Positions 23,499 through 37,362 of a stretch of DNA of 64,000 nt are shown one piece after another. How positions within the stretch are numbered: the stretch's first letter is position 1; each line of letters begins with the position of its first letter. This stretch comes from Kudoa neothunni (lineage: Eukaryota > Animalia > Cnidaria), in contig OZ199838.1 of the NCBI GenBank assembly GCA_964304625.1, forward strand, positions 1,777,927 through 1,841,926. Direction: 5' to 3'. The position numbers were made by a program, and so were the translations under genes. Under the pieces are notes generated by a model, which made no database searches, was not told the origin of the DNA, and saw only the letters and a program-made list of their open reading frames with translations.

Positions 23499-25400
23499 TC
23501 TACTTCTATATATAAAGTGATTAAGTTATCTGTCAGTGTGTGTGTGTGTATGCAGCAGTTTGCGTGCGCGTGTGATAGACTTTTTTTAAATACAGCTTTC
23601 AGTTCTAATTTGAATAGATTATACCGTTAATAAAATTCGTTTATTTACTATGAAGTAAAAATATAATTAATATAGCAGTCAGAAGTAGGGAGTTTCCGGT
23701 TGTCTACTCAAATAGCAGATTAAAAAGTACCTGCATAATATTGAGGTTTGTTTGTTTAACTCAGAGTAATAATCAATTAGAATGCACCTTTACTCATTAT
23801 ATACAACGAGAATCTGCCGATCATCGTGTGGAATGTTTTAGAAATGTTATATATGTCGTTTGGAGTAATTTAAGACAAATAAAACTATTAACGTCACATT
23901 TACAAGAGTTGTTGCATTTCTCTTAAAATTATAAGCATAATCAAATTATTTAGGATGTATTTTCACTTTCCAGGTGTTATAGATGTATATTATAAGCAAA
24001 ACGACTTACGATAATTTTAAATAAAACACATAATTCGAGATTAAAGTTGTTTCCACGTTGGAATAACTTGAGTCTCTTCTATACGCATTCTAAAAAGGAT
24101 GTGAGAGGTGTGTAGAGTTTTCATATAATTAAATTTTTGTGATAACTTCTAAAATTAAAATTTATTTTTATCAAATATATCGATTGAGATTGAAATTATA
24201 TTCGTCTTTCGATAAGTTTTTACTCATTTTTTGGGTTTCTTAAACTTTCCTGCAAAACAGCTGATATAACTAATTCGATAAGTTTCTATATTTGATGAGA
24301 TAATTTTTTAAATAATGTTCGAGTTCTTAGTGACCTAATTATTACTTACCCCTAGACCTTAAGGTTAATATTCAAATCAACATATAATTTTCTTTTCGCT
24401 AAAACTAATTCATTATGATATAGAAGCTGCATGAAAATATGCGATACCCCATTCTATACGTGGTTTAAGAATTTATATTCACGATTACTTTTGCACAAAA
24501 TACAATCCCCTCTAAATCTCAATACGTGTCATTTAAGTTAATAAAAAATTATGGGTCTATTCGATCTAACCGATATATTCACAAAGTTTTTGTTAATCTA
24601 AGAATAGTTCAATACAAAAAAATTTGGTAGGGCAACCAAACAGTACGTTTATTTTTAAAAAGAGTGCACCCCTTCGAGAAAACCAGTTGATATTTAAGCA
24701 TTACTGTAATTTTTCAAAATAAAAACACCTTTACATTTTAGATTTAATCGTATTTTGTTAAATAAATTTGTATATTTTTGAACCAGTAAATATTCTTGAT
24801 AAAAAAGAGTTGCATTTATTTAAAAATCGGGAAATTATGTTAAAATAGTGAATACGTAAGTTACAGTTCACAGCTTTTTAAAACATCATTATCATCCTTT
24901 ATAAAATTTCAAAAATTAAAAAAAAAAGAGTAACAATTAATATTTTTATTACTGACGTATCTTAGATAGTTTTTTATCGTTTGTAAACTAATAATACATT
25001 TAATAACCAGAATGATTAATTTTTATCGAAAAATTTTTAAAAGAACTGAAAGTCCTGTGTAAATTATTTAATGATTTTGTTTAATAAATAAATAAAATTT
25101 AATTTTCAATTAAATTACTCATAAAATTAAGTTCATTATGTTTTTGGTCATAATTTGTAAAATAAACTTAAAAATACACATTAATTTCTCTCAATACCTC
25201 TATTTATATTTGAATTGAAAATATGAGCATATGTTTATCTAAATTACCACATTGAAAAAATAATGTCAAGTTATAAAATTTACAGTGTTTTACATGATAA
25301 TTAAATTAACTTAATCGTATAATTTCTTCATTCAGAAATAAAACGAAAAGTTAAAATTTTCCATCACACAGTACCAGGCAAAGCTGGACATTAACGCTAG
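23499..25400 (+). mobile_element. Non-autonomous Helitron
   Basis: Inserted between A and T. The 5' end TCTACTTCTATATATAAAG is followed by a (GT)n tract; the 3' end has the imperfect hairpin CCAGGCAAAGCTGG then GCTAG|T. No Rep/helicase seen. Confidence 0.65.
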
Positions 25401-27878
25401 TTAAAAATGAAGATAATATATTTGAGACCAATTTTAAATATTAGAATTAAATTGGAACGGTAAAATGAATTTATCCTTACTTAGCTCTTGAAATTGGTTC
25501 TATATTGTACGTAAGATTATTACCTCGGAAATTTTAAGTGAAATACACCTTATCGTATATGGAAGGGATGCGGATTTCGTTTCCTCAACTAAAGCTAAAG
25601 ACTATGCGAGTCCGAATTGAGTTGGAAGGCGCCGACCTAAGAGAATAATCGAATTTACACTACAGTTATGATATTTCCTAATAATAATAATAATAATAAT
25701 AATGGGTTTTAATACAATCTTTTACAATTACGAATTTTCAAGCACAAAAACTAAAATCATGAAATTACGCTATGGCTGTTTTCTTGTCTATTAAATAATT
25801 GAATAATATTTCTTTAATGCATCTTCATCAAAATAATTAAAATCTTTAATCTTATCTTAATATGTGCCAGATATTTTATCCTAAAATCTGCATTGATTCC
25901 ACGTTAATTTTAAATTCTCTTATAGGTTCTTTATTATAATTAATACTAGGTAATGCGTGATTTTTATGTATAATTTTTTTTAAAACGATATAGCGCTATA
26001 TTATCCCAATCCTCGAATCCTCAACACCCACTAACTAACTTCGATATATGATATATGACAAGGCCAATAAAACTAATTATTATTTGAGAAATTTGGTAGT
26101 TAAACAATAATTTAAATTTGTTTTAAATCTAAGATTGTATTTTTATGGGGAATTTTCGAAAATACAATCTAATTTAAGTCTAAAAATAATTTTCAATGCC
26201 ACACATTTATTTATTGTACTACATTGAGAGAACGTTGACATTCCTAGACGCAATATCCAACCTAAGTGTAATTGATAATTAGGTTGATCAATGATTATTT
26301 TCTAATAGAAATTCAAAATGGAACTTAGTTTAGTCGAAATTTTGAATTAACGTCTAGGCTAGATTTGAAGAGGAATAAATGTTTTAAAGTTACACTAAAG
26401 CTCCTTTCGCCATAAAAATACTTACCGCGTCAAGCGTCCATTAAATTTCTATTATTTATTCTTATGCTAGAAGTACATTTAACAACAACCGGTTCCATGA
26501 AATTTAAAAAATTTATTTAATATTAAAAATTAACATAACTCATTTAAAACTTTTTTGTGTGATATTTCAACCAAAATTATTCCAATAATACCTTAAATTA
26601 TCTGAAAATTTCATAGTTAAAATAACGTGATTGAGTGATCGCTTTCACGTAATCCCAATATTATCGTGTGGAATTCTAAAACTGTTTTCTACGTATTTTT
26701 TTCTTATTCTTATTTGATAAAAACAACGTTCAACTCAATAAAAAGTAAGGATTAAAATCTTTTTATATTCATACATGTCCAATTGGTTGATTAATATTTC
26801 TCTCATTGGAGTATAACGATAACGACTGAAATGAGATTTAAAACCGGACTAATTGGTGAATATTGAAGTTGTTTATTTATTTTATTTTTGGATATTAACA
26901 TTAAAATTGTTTTAATTGTAGTGCGCAAGCGCTGTCGCTTATAATCCATATCTAGTCTTTACAAAAGCGATAAAATTCTAATTATTGAAAATTTATATAA
27001 AAACAAGGTGACACAACATTTCTTTATTAAAACCTAATTTATATTTTTAATTAAATTCCAATCGTTTGGAAATTTCCAAATTATAAGGTATCTTAAGTTC
27101 ATTGAAAATTATATTTTTATCAATAAGGTCATATATTTAATGTGTTGAAAAATTCAATTTTTAATCTCTTACGAAAGTTAATGTTCTTACTTCATGACTT
27201 AATTCCGGTTGAAAACATAAAATACATAGGATGACAGGTCACGCTGAACTTAATTATCAATGATTTAGGATGTAAAATAACAAAATAACAAAAATTTAGA
27301 GTGTGTAATAACTAATACAAGAAGTTGATCCCAGTCTTTCCAACTTTACCTCAAAAACAAGTTGGTAGATCTAAACAGTCCTTAACTAAAGCTAACATAC
27401 TGTTCACAGATTAACATGCAAGAAAAATAATAATCCATTCTTACAATATAAAATACTTTGATATCTGAGTGTTTAATATTTATGTTTAAAAAACTATCAG
27501 TCTAATAATAATAAAATAAAGGCATAAAAATAACTCAAATCAAGCTTTTTATTTTATGCGAAAAATCCCATAGGATTAAATATAATCCACCACAAATCAC
27601 CTATTAATATATAACTTATAGTGGTTGGATACTATTGGTAGTGGATTTATTGACAGTAGTGTCTTGTTTATACTTTACTGCATTCGGAGATTGATGGAAA
27701 TATTTTTCTGAGTATGTATATGTGAAAATAGTAGATAACGCATGGATGTGTCAATTTAATCGTTATATTGATTGTTTTCGTTGTGATTACCCTCTTTACG
27801 ACGATTTCGATATTCAGCCTAGACCAAATAGAATCAGCCAAGTTGTATTTGTGAATATATTATTTTGGTAGGTCGACT

Positions 27879-30735
27879 ATGGATTCATCAAGACCGAAAA
27901 TAAAAATTGAACGAGACGTGTTGAACGAATCTGACCTAGAAAAGCTTAGAACGCGAAGAAGCGAGTCCAGTTTGCCGAAAAAATTTGAGAAAAAATTGAA
28001 AAAAAATTATCCATCAGTCCAAAAATTCTCCTTTACAATTTATCGAATATTTCTTCCCTATTGTTCTGTGGATTCGAACCTACAAATGGAAAAGTCAACT
28101 TAAAGATGACATTGTCTCCGGTATAACCGTTGGTGTAATGCAGATTTCACAAGGTTTACCCTCTACAGCATGTGTCACAGTTGAGCTATTGAGATTGTGT
28201 TTTTTCTTAGGTTTGGCATATGGAGAGTTGGCGGGACTTGAAGCCATAACCGGTTTATATGTTTCGCTCATCCCAGCGTTAATTTATGCGGTTTTTGGAA
28301 CATCTAGATTTGTTCATTTGGGTGTGAATATGTAGTCGCGGATAATCAACTATAAACTCTGGTTCTTATATAGGGACATTTGCTGTTGTTTCATTGCTGG
28401 TTTTCGTCCGTTCTTAATCAGCCATTACCTGTCGAATATGCAAAAAAATACATAACTAAAAATCCCTCAAATTGCAGTTCCTCCATTTGAAGATGTTCTT
28501 AAAGCGAAATACATTATCTCAGCTACACTTACTTTGACAGTAGGGTTAGTACAGGTAGGCAATTTGAGGGGTTATATTTAAACACACTCTCTGCATTGAA
28601 TACTTTAGTTTTTGTTGTATATGATTAATGGCGGTATTGTTGCCAAATTACTTTCACCAACAATCGTGCACGGTTTTACGTTTGCTGTTGCGCTGCAAGT
28701 GTTCTCCTCGCAAGTTTCCACCATACTAGGTATAAGTGTGCCGATCTCCGCAGTAACCAACCCCTATGGAATAGTTGTACAAGTAATTGTGTGGATGTAT
28801 TTCGATTCTATATTAAATTAAGAAATACATATACATGTTCAAAAATATTACTCAATCGAATGTTGGTTCGATAATAATTGGACTCAGTTCCATGATTTTT
28901 CTGATATCCATAGCCCATATCAACCGTCGTTTCAGCAAAAAATTAAAAATACCTATACCTGGCGACCTTTTGTTGGTAGGGAGTTATTTAGTTGAGTCTC
29001 GTGAAATTTTATGTCTTTATTAGATAATAATTGTTACTGGGTTGTCGTACGGTTTGAAATTTAAAAAGAAATACCATATTCCTATCGTCGGTAGTATACC
29101 ATCAGGGTAACTATCTGTCCGCTCCATATTTAATATTAATCTAAGTCTAATTTAGACTACCGTCCGTGGTTTTGCCCGACTTTAAAGTATTCCCTGATAT
29201 AATCTCAAGCGCTGTGATTATTGCAGTGGTCACATTTGCGGTGGATGTGTCAATTGCCAAGCAACTGTATTCTCAGGACGCAGCCAAGAAAAGTGTTGGA
29301 TCCCGTCCCCAAAAAACCCTTTCCAAACGAAATGAATTACTAGTTCGTCCAAACCAAGTAATTGTTATTTAAATCATGTGTTTTTTACATCTAATAATAA
29401 AATTGCTTCTCACGTTTCCTTTGTAGGAATTGTTAGCGCTGGCACTCGCTAATATTATCCCTTCATTTTTCCAATGTTACGTGGCAGGATCGTCTCTTGC
29501 ACGATCAATGGTTCATTCTACCATCGGCAAATCTCAGGTATAAATTTTTCCATAAATTAAATAGAACTAGACCATATCGGTTCTAGCTGTTCTCGTTTGT
29601 TGCCAGTACTGTCATCTTGATAGTTTTGCTTGTCGCTTCCAAACTATTTTATCATCTTCCAAAAGTAATTGGGCAGGATTTATTTGTTTTTTGATGTCCT
29701 TTAATTGACTTGTAGGCAATTTTAGCGGCGGTAGTAATATCTGCATTGGTCCCAGTATTCTTGAGGGTCACCCAAATTAAAGTTTACTGGAAGCTATCGA
29801 AAGAGAATTTGTATTTTTTTAATTTCATCATTAAGTCTTCAATTAGCAATTGATTTTAGTTTATATGGATAATTACGGTTTTATCAGTCTTTCTTATTGG
29901 CATAGAAGTTGGACTTGGTATCAGTATCCTGTTCAGTCTCTTATCCTTCTTATACAATATTATGAAGTTGAAATTTACTTTTGTGTTTGGATTGAAGTAG
30001 ATTTTTTTGTAGGCCTCAAACTGTCTCTCTTGTTCCTATCAGTGACGATGACGTGTATAAGGACAGTAAATGTTACAGTGTAAATTAAAACTTTTATAAT
30101 TGTATTCACTAATCTTTCGCCAAGGCAAAATCCAATTTGATAAATATTTCAATATTCGCATTCAAATGTCCATTATTTTATTTGAACAATGAGACATTTG
30201 TTTCAAATGCTCAAAATGCTATTGATCAACTCACCATTAAGAATTCCCCAAAAGAAACCCCTACACATATCAGTCCTAATCGTGATGGCGTAAATCTACA
30301 TTTACTACATACGTTAAAGTTATCTGAAACTCTAGACACCAGTGGAATGTGTGGAGTTATCTGGAGATCTATCACATGTAGCACCCACTCGTTTTCATTT
30401 AATCCTTGATTTTTCGTCAATCCCTTTCGTTGACATGGCCTCCTATGATGCTATTAAGAAGGTTGCTTTTCATTATTTTTGATTTATGTCGGATTTTTGG
30501 AATTTCTTCCAATTATAGCTAATCTCCTACGCCGAGTGCAGAAACACAACTGTATATTTCTGTTGTACCTCAGGTAGCCCAACTGATGACTTATCGTATT
30601 ATATTTTTCATTAATTGAACTCTTTTAGATACTATATATGCAAACCTCACCAGTCGACACTTCGCACTTATTTTCCCTACTATTCAAGATGCTGTAATTT
30701 TCGCTCAAGCCAGCTCTGGTTCTGACAACTGCTAA
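27879..30735 (+). CDS. SLC26 anion transporter (prestin/SLC26A6-like) with STAS domain, ~15-18 exons
   Basis: FPIVLWIRTYKWK..DDIVSGITVGVMQISQG|LAYGELAGL..GLY..IYAVFGTSR..G|TFAVVSL; LLSPTIVHGFT; IPIPGDLL; NQ|ELLALALANI; SSLARS; LFYLN; FVDMAS; FPTIQDAVIFA..*. Confidence 0.93.
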
Positions 30736-31499
30736 TTTCCTGTTTTTATAACACATACTTATTATTAGTTGAGAAATAAATTTTTAGAATACAAATCTTA
30801 GAATTGACCTTTTTATTTAAATATATCGTACAAATTATTTACATTATTATTAAGCTTTTATTTAGAGTGCTTGAATGTAATAGTGAATTTACCTTCTATA
30901 TCAATATTTCGTTTTCAGCTTGTGATATATTTAGACCTTTTACTTTTCAGTTTCATTTTTCAAAACAGGACTTAACTATGAAGTATTGTTTGCTCAATCT
31001 GCTTCAGTAATATTGAAGGCAGCTTATTTAAATTTAAAATCATTGACTGAATGAATAATTCGTCTAATACTTATCACTCAAACAATGTTTAATCAGAGTT
31101 ATGAAAACTCTTCGACCTATATTGGAATTTTGGATACACTTTATAGCTTAATTATTGGAAAATATGATTCATGGGAAGGAAATTTTGTGAGAATTTTTAG
31201 GTTATGAAAGTTATTTGACAAAATTTATATATATATATATATATATCGCATTGTATTTTATTCTTTATTTGTAATTTATGATAATTAGACGTAAGTTGAT
31301 GGAAAATAATTTATTATCAGATAAATAAAATATAATTAAGGTTTATTAAACTTTTTTATTTCAAAAATAATCCGTTGTTTAATAAAATAAAGTTTTTACG
31401 CAATAACCAGTTTCTCGCGCGCGTCGCGAAATAAATATCTATTTTCTTGTGCTTACGTTTGATGATTATTCTTACAAAGAAGCTTTGTCAAATACAGAT

Positions 31500-32990
31500 A
31501 AAATTGATTTCAAATAAGGAAGAGTTATTAAATTCTGCCCTTTATAGGATATAAATCAAACAATCCAGATAAAGCCTCTTGAATGAAAGCTTTAGTTAAC
31601 TTGTTCACTCTTCTTTTTAATTTTGATTAAGATTTTTACTTCTTTAATAATTGGTTCGATAACAAATTAACCATTTGTGGGCAATAAGTCCACTTGATTA
31701 TGGTCCTCACATGTTGCCACATTATCATGGTCAAATATGTTTTTGCTACCTTTGATTTCATTCGAAAAAATTAATTGGGTATACGTAAAATATTACTTTG
31801 AGAATTGTTTCTGATTTGGGGTATCTTTCTTAAATCTTCTTCTTTAAAACTGATTATAACTTTTTTTATTGCAGTTGTATGTACTACTTTCAAATATTTT
31901 TAGTTTTTAAAACAATTAATTATAACTTCTAGCGCAATACCCCCAAAGTTTAGTTAATGGCAAGGTTGAACTTAATAATCTATATTTTTTCGACGATAAA
32001 AACTTCACATAAAACCATGTGTTGGGTAATTGTATTCCCTGCACCAATTTTTAATGCATTTAATGATTCCAAAATTAAGGGTTGTAGAATATTACTCGTA
32101 TTTTTGGGAGGAAAAAATATAGATATTGTTAAAAAATCAATATTTTGGGGAACAAGAGGATATTGGTCCAACTTTCTCATTATGTTTATAAATATACTAT
32201 ACATCATCTATGTGTTTTTTGAATATCATTCACTCGGTAGATGTTTAACTCAGTTAAAACTGAAACGTCTAGGATTTTGAAATCTACCAGTAAAAACTGA
32301 TGGGAGTTTACCCCTATTTAAACAAGAGTCACAGTATAATAGTGACTTTTTTGGATACTTAACTTACATTCCGACCTCATTCTTTAAAACATAACTAATA
32401 TTTTGTAATTGCTCATCAAAAATAAGTTTCATCAATGTTTATAATGTCTTTAGGACTATATACCTTAATCAAATTAATGTCTTGAACAGCCCATGAGTCA
32501 ACAGATGAAATAACTGCTTTCGCAACCTCGCCATGAAACATTTTGAAAGCTATCCTATGGCTTGATGTGAACTCTGATAGCCTCCCTTAACTATACTTTA
32601 AATTGGAGATTTCATTTTTGTTTGCAATATATAAGGCCTCTTCGATAACAGCACCTCTCGCAGAACGTTATCATTCCGTCATTGTTCAACAAACAGTCAT
32701 ACAACTCATTATCCATATTAGTGAATTTATATTAATATTCAACATAGATCACCATACCACTCAATTTAAACTTAGAAGTTGTCATTTTTCGACACCTTTC
32801 AACATTTTCGCCGAATCAAAATGATTAATGATTTCTCTTTTCTATTAACTTCTACGTTTTTAATGGGACATAACGAAGGAAAAATCTCTTAGTTTTTAAA
32901 TCGATTGGACACAAAAACCACTCGATAAACGGTTCCACGCAATAACGAGACCTTATGAATAAATAAAAAAATTTTTAATGTTAGCCATGT
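31500..32990 (-). mobile_element. Decayed Tigger/pogo (CENP-B-like DDE) transposase
   Basis: Fragments HRIAFKMFHGEVA..VDSW, DIINIDET, GRFQNPRRF and IFFPPKNTSNILQPL match Tigger RHNI..GES..VD..W, IFNADET, GKSKNPRCF and FLPPNTTS.LQP. Many stops and frameshifts. Confidence 0.75.
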
Positions 32991-33745
32991 TTACAAAATG
33001 AAAAAGTAATAACATTGCAACAAAACTAGGTTTCTCTCTAAAAAAACGTTGGAATTTTGGAATTACGCAAGGTCCAAAGATAATATATATTATGTAAAAA
33101 TGGTTAGGATTAATGATTTAAGAAGTTGGAATGTTCAAAAAAATTCTTCTCAACTATTATCGACAAATTACAGGAAAAAATGATAATTCAATACAAATCT
33201 TACTCTTTATCTGATTCGTAAACGATGACTTAAAATAATCAATATGTTTATATTGATCAATTCTTATGAGTATGCGCGCCAATTTTGGGGTCAACTTCTT
33301 ATTTTCAAAATTATATCATATCTAAAACTATTTAAAGCTGAAGTCTTTAATTACATGAAAAACAGAATAATTTTTAGTATGTATATTTTAATTTTAGTTG
33401 AAAGTAGACAATTATATAATTATGATAGTGACAGTAATGATTTATTAGCTAACATCTAACAATAATGCTTTTATAACTTATTTTAATAAAAATCTTTTAC
33501 GAAATATATTACAATTATGCATAAAAATAAATTATCTTGTTTAAAACGGCGTTATTTTTTAATTTGTAATCTATTGTTATAATTCATCAAAATTATTTTC
33601 AGTTTGTTTTAAATAGGTAAAAATCACTATGACATTGTAAAACTATGGTTGAGAAAATAATAAAATTAGAACACCATGGAAATGCATTTTTTTCTCTTTT
33701 TCGTTTAAAATTCAAATTAATATTGGATACGGATGAATTAGTTAA

Positions 33746-33891
33746 TCCATTAAGGATTTTGGGTCCCTCAGAAGATTTGTTGTATATCTGTCAGCTTTGT
33801 CATAACTTTAAAAATTGACGCTTATATAGACATTTTTGAAAAATACGTAACACACTGTTTTTAAATTTTTAAATGGTAGAATCGTAATGGG
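33746..33891. mobile_element. Very short piggyBac-type MITE
   Basis: TTAA|TCCATTA ... TAATGGG|TTAA, the same terminal type as 6359-7190. Confidence 0.45.
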
Positions 33892-34989
33892 TTAAACGGT
33901 GATAAAATAAGTCATCTTTTTATTAGTTGGTGGTCTAACTTTTAAATTAAAAATATGTGAAATACAATGTAACATTCACAGCGGGGATAATTAATATTAA
34001 TTGATTAAATGAGTGTGCGGATCTGATCATAGTTGGGGGTAGTAATAATAGAGGGTCAATCAAGGATAGGCCAATGAGCAATAATGTTTGAATAACACTC
34101 TAAAAGTTTACTTGGGGGAATAAATTTAAATTATAAAACTCAAACAATTATTTTTAAAGATCTCATTTGGGAGAATTTTCAGCATCAAGCTAGTATAAAA
34201 GAGAGACCTATTATTGGCTTGAATATTTTTGATCCTAAATGACATTTATATTTGCGCTTTGTTCATTTTTTTGATCTTAAGAACTCACATTTATGGTTGA
34301 TGTATAAAGTTTATTTTCTATAAGGGGAAACGATCGGCCAAAATTAATTAACTACTGTTAGAATTACATTCACATAGATATTATGATCGATGATGGTATA
34401 CTTACCGGCTACTAAAATTCGTTATGATGTTGTGCTTATTATTAATTAATTTTTTCACGATTATCTATATCATTATTTGAAAAGTTGTAGCATATAAAAA
34501 TTAATCACAAATTTTTCATTTCTAGCGTTTGACAATTCTTTACACTTAATCCTAAATTTGATCAAGTTCACATCGCGTGATTCTTGCATGTGGGTGGAGG
34601 AACTTTTTTAGTGTTGATTTGTGAATTATTTTTCGAATTATGTTTCAATTACTGTATGATTATTAATGTAATGATATTTTGATTACGTATTTACACAAAA
34701 TGCCGTGTGGGGATATGTTAAAGTTATTTTATCCTATGCACATTATTTACCTGAACGAAATAGCGGTGATGGTTGATATTAGAACTAACGATAAGTTTTT
34801 TATTCTCATAAACAATAGCGCTCTTCTATTTAATTTCTTAATATCAGAAAAATTCATACGCGGAATTCTAAATAGGTGTGGTGCGTCAACTGCAGAGGTT
34901 ACGAGACAATGTATATATCAGAAAGATAGTCTACAAACAAACAAAACAAACCTAATGAATTAAGCATTCCCGTAGAAAATGAGGAAAAT

Positions 34990-35305
34990 ATTACTTATAT
35001 ATGTATGTAAACGGTGTTATATACGAGTGCACGTTATTTTCCGGAATAGATTATCGGTTGAACAAAAAATTAGAATTAAAATACATTCTCAAACTTGTTT
35101 ATTAATTGTCGAGGGAGAACACAATTGAAGCAACCCTTTCAACGATTCTAATATCAAAATTGACCATCATAAACTGGTTTGTAAAAATTAGGGTAGTATG
35201 CCCAACCATTTCAATTGACGAGAAAAGTTTGTTGGCGAAGGCTACGTCATCGAAATAGATGAAAGCATCTTACATGGTAAGAGAAAAACAACAGAGGTAG
35301 ATATT
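34990..35305 (+). mobile_element. Merlin/IS1595-like transposase relic
   Basis: TIINWFVKIRVVC and FVGEGYVIEIDESILHGKRK.NRGR match the Merlin motifs TVVDW..FCREVC and IGG.G..VEIDES...KRKYNRGR. Confidence 0.75.
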
Positions 35306-36057
35306 TAATTAATAGTATTTTTATTGGGGCATGAATAAGCCATTACTTTTATGATAATATCTTGATTAAAAATAATTCCTAGTTCATATATTCTAAAAAT
35401 TATGAATATCCTATAATAATAAAGAAATAATTATTCAAGTATATGAGAACAGTTAGAGTTTAATGTACTACATGCTTGTGCCCAAAAATAAAACCAGCCC
35501 TTAAAATATAATTATTACGGTGGAATATATTATAATATATGAATAATATGAAAAAGATCCAACTTGAAATCTCCAATCCATAGTACAACATGTTGGTGCC
35601 AGTATAAACACGCATATTGTAAACCACTGAAAATCGCGTGGCTATAATAGTGGATTAAGGTGTACTTAGAACTTATCACGTAAATATAATTACGTGGATA
35701 TTCTCTATAGTTTTCCCGTGTTAATGTCAAATTTATCCTGGATATAATTTTGAGTTGTAGTATACATTGATCTCTCAATTTTGTCATAAAAGACAAATAT
35801 CACATAACCAAAAAGAATGAAAAATAATGATGGACAAAAGTTATCGTTAACTTATAAAAATAAAAGTAAATGCATGATAATTTTTTTATAGAAAACCATA
35901 TGAAAAAAATGTATAAACTAAAACAGCTGAAACCACGTTATGCCATCCCCGAATTTGATTAAAAAAGTTTATATTGTCTCCACTGCACCATTTTCATTAT
36001 TTAATTAACGCCAACTCAATTATTGTTGTTTGATATTTATAAATGATTCATGACCCT

Positions 36058-36141
36058 CAATAAATAAATAAATAAATAAATAAATTAATAATTAAGTAAA
36101 TAAATAATTAATTAATTAATTAAATGAATGAATGAATGAAT
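36058..36141. repeat. Compound microsatellite (TAAA)n/(TTAA)n/(TGAA)n
   Basis: Read directly. Confidence 0.8.
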
Positions 36142-37362
36142 ATCAGCTAATAACACATTAGAACTCACTAAATACGAGGAAAACAATAATAAGAAGGCGA
36201 TCATGTGATAGATTATATGAACAACGTTAGGATTAAATGTAAAGAACAGTCAAACGCTAGAAATGAAAATTTGTGATTAATTTTTATATGCTATAACTTT
36301 TCAAATAATGATATAGATAATAATGAAAAAATTAATTAATAATAAGCACAAAATCATAACAAATTTTGGTAGCGAGTAAGTATATCCTTACCGCTCATAA
36401 TATCTAATTGAATAAGCCCTTCCACAGAAGTTTAATTAATCTACCGCGATTCATCGAGCGACTTCGGAATCCGCGGCATTAAAGCCAATAATTCTAATAT
36501 CCACGTATATTATTTAAATCCTAAAATTTTCATAATTAAACAAACTAAACATCAAACCGACAATAAAATCTATCATAATTTCATGCAGAAATATGACTAT
36601 CATTTTAACGCACACATTATAAAGTGAATGCAAATTCGCCGACTGTTATCGTATAAGAATCACTGAAAAGTCATTTTTAAATTGTAATTTATTCCGTCAC
36701 ATTTAACTAATTATAACTTTAGAGTCCGTTAGCTTCTTACTTGATTCCATGGTAATTAAGAATAAGTATGAAAACCCCTTAGTGAATAATGTTTAATGTG
36801 TCACTCAATCCTACTAATACTCTAGGAGTGCCCAAAGGCGGATAAATACAGAACACAATGAATCACAAAGAAACTATTGGCCAAGGTATAATATGGAATA
36901 ACTTTTCTGTTGTTCAGCAATTAATGTACAGTATGTAGATAACAATTGCAGCTTAGATACCATACAATCTAAAGATTAAGTTAATGTTAGGAATAAATAT
37001 GGACTTAACATTTTGAAACAAATAGCGTCTCAAATTAATCATATCCACGGTAATTAAGGCTTAATTATACTAAGTACATTGTTGTGAGTATTAATAATTA
37101 TAAATTTTGTATAGAATACACAAAAAATTGATTACAATATCTTTGGAAAAATAGGACCAATGGTTGCTCAAAAAACTCAATCACATAAACTCGACAAATA
37201 TCAAACCGATGAAGTCGTTAAAAATCGTGCAGCAATCGTAATCCGTTTTCAGTATTAGTTGGCGTGTCGCAATTGAGCGAGACATGAGAAGTGCTTTTTC
37301 TATTGATCTTATTGCAACACGCTAGACTTTTATATTTAGCCCATCCAACCAATCCCAACCTA

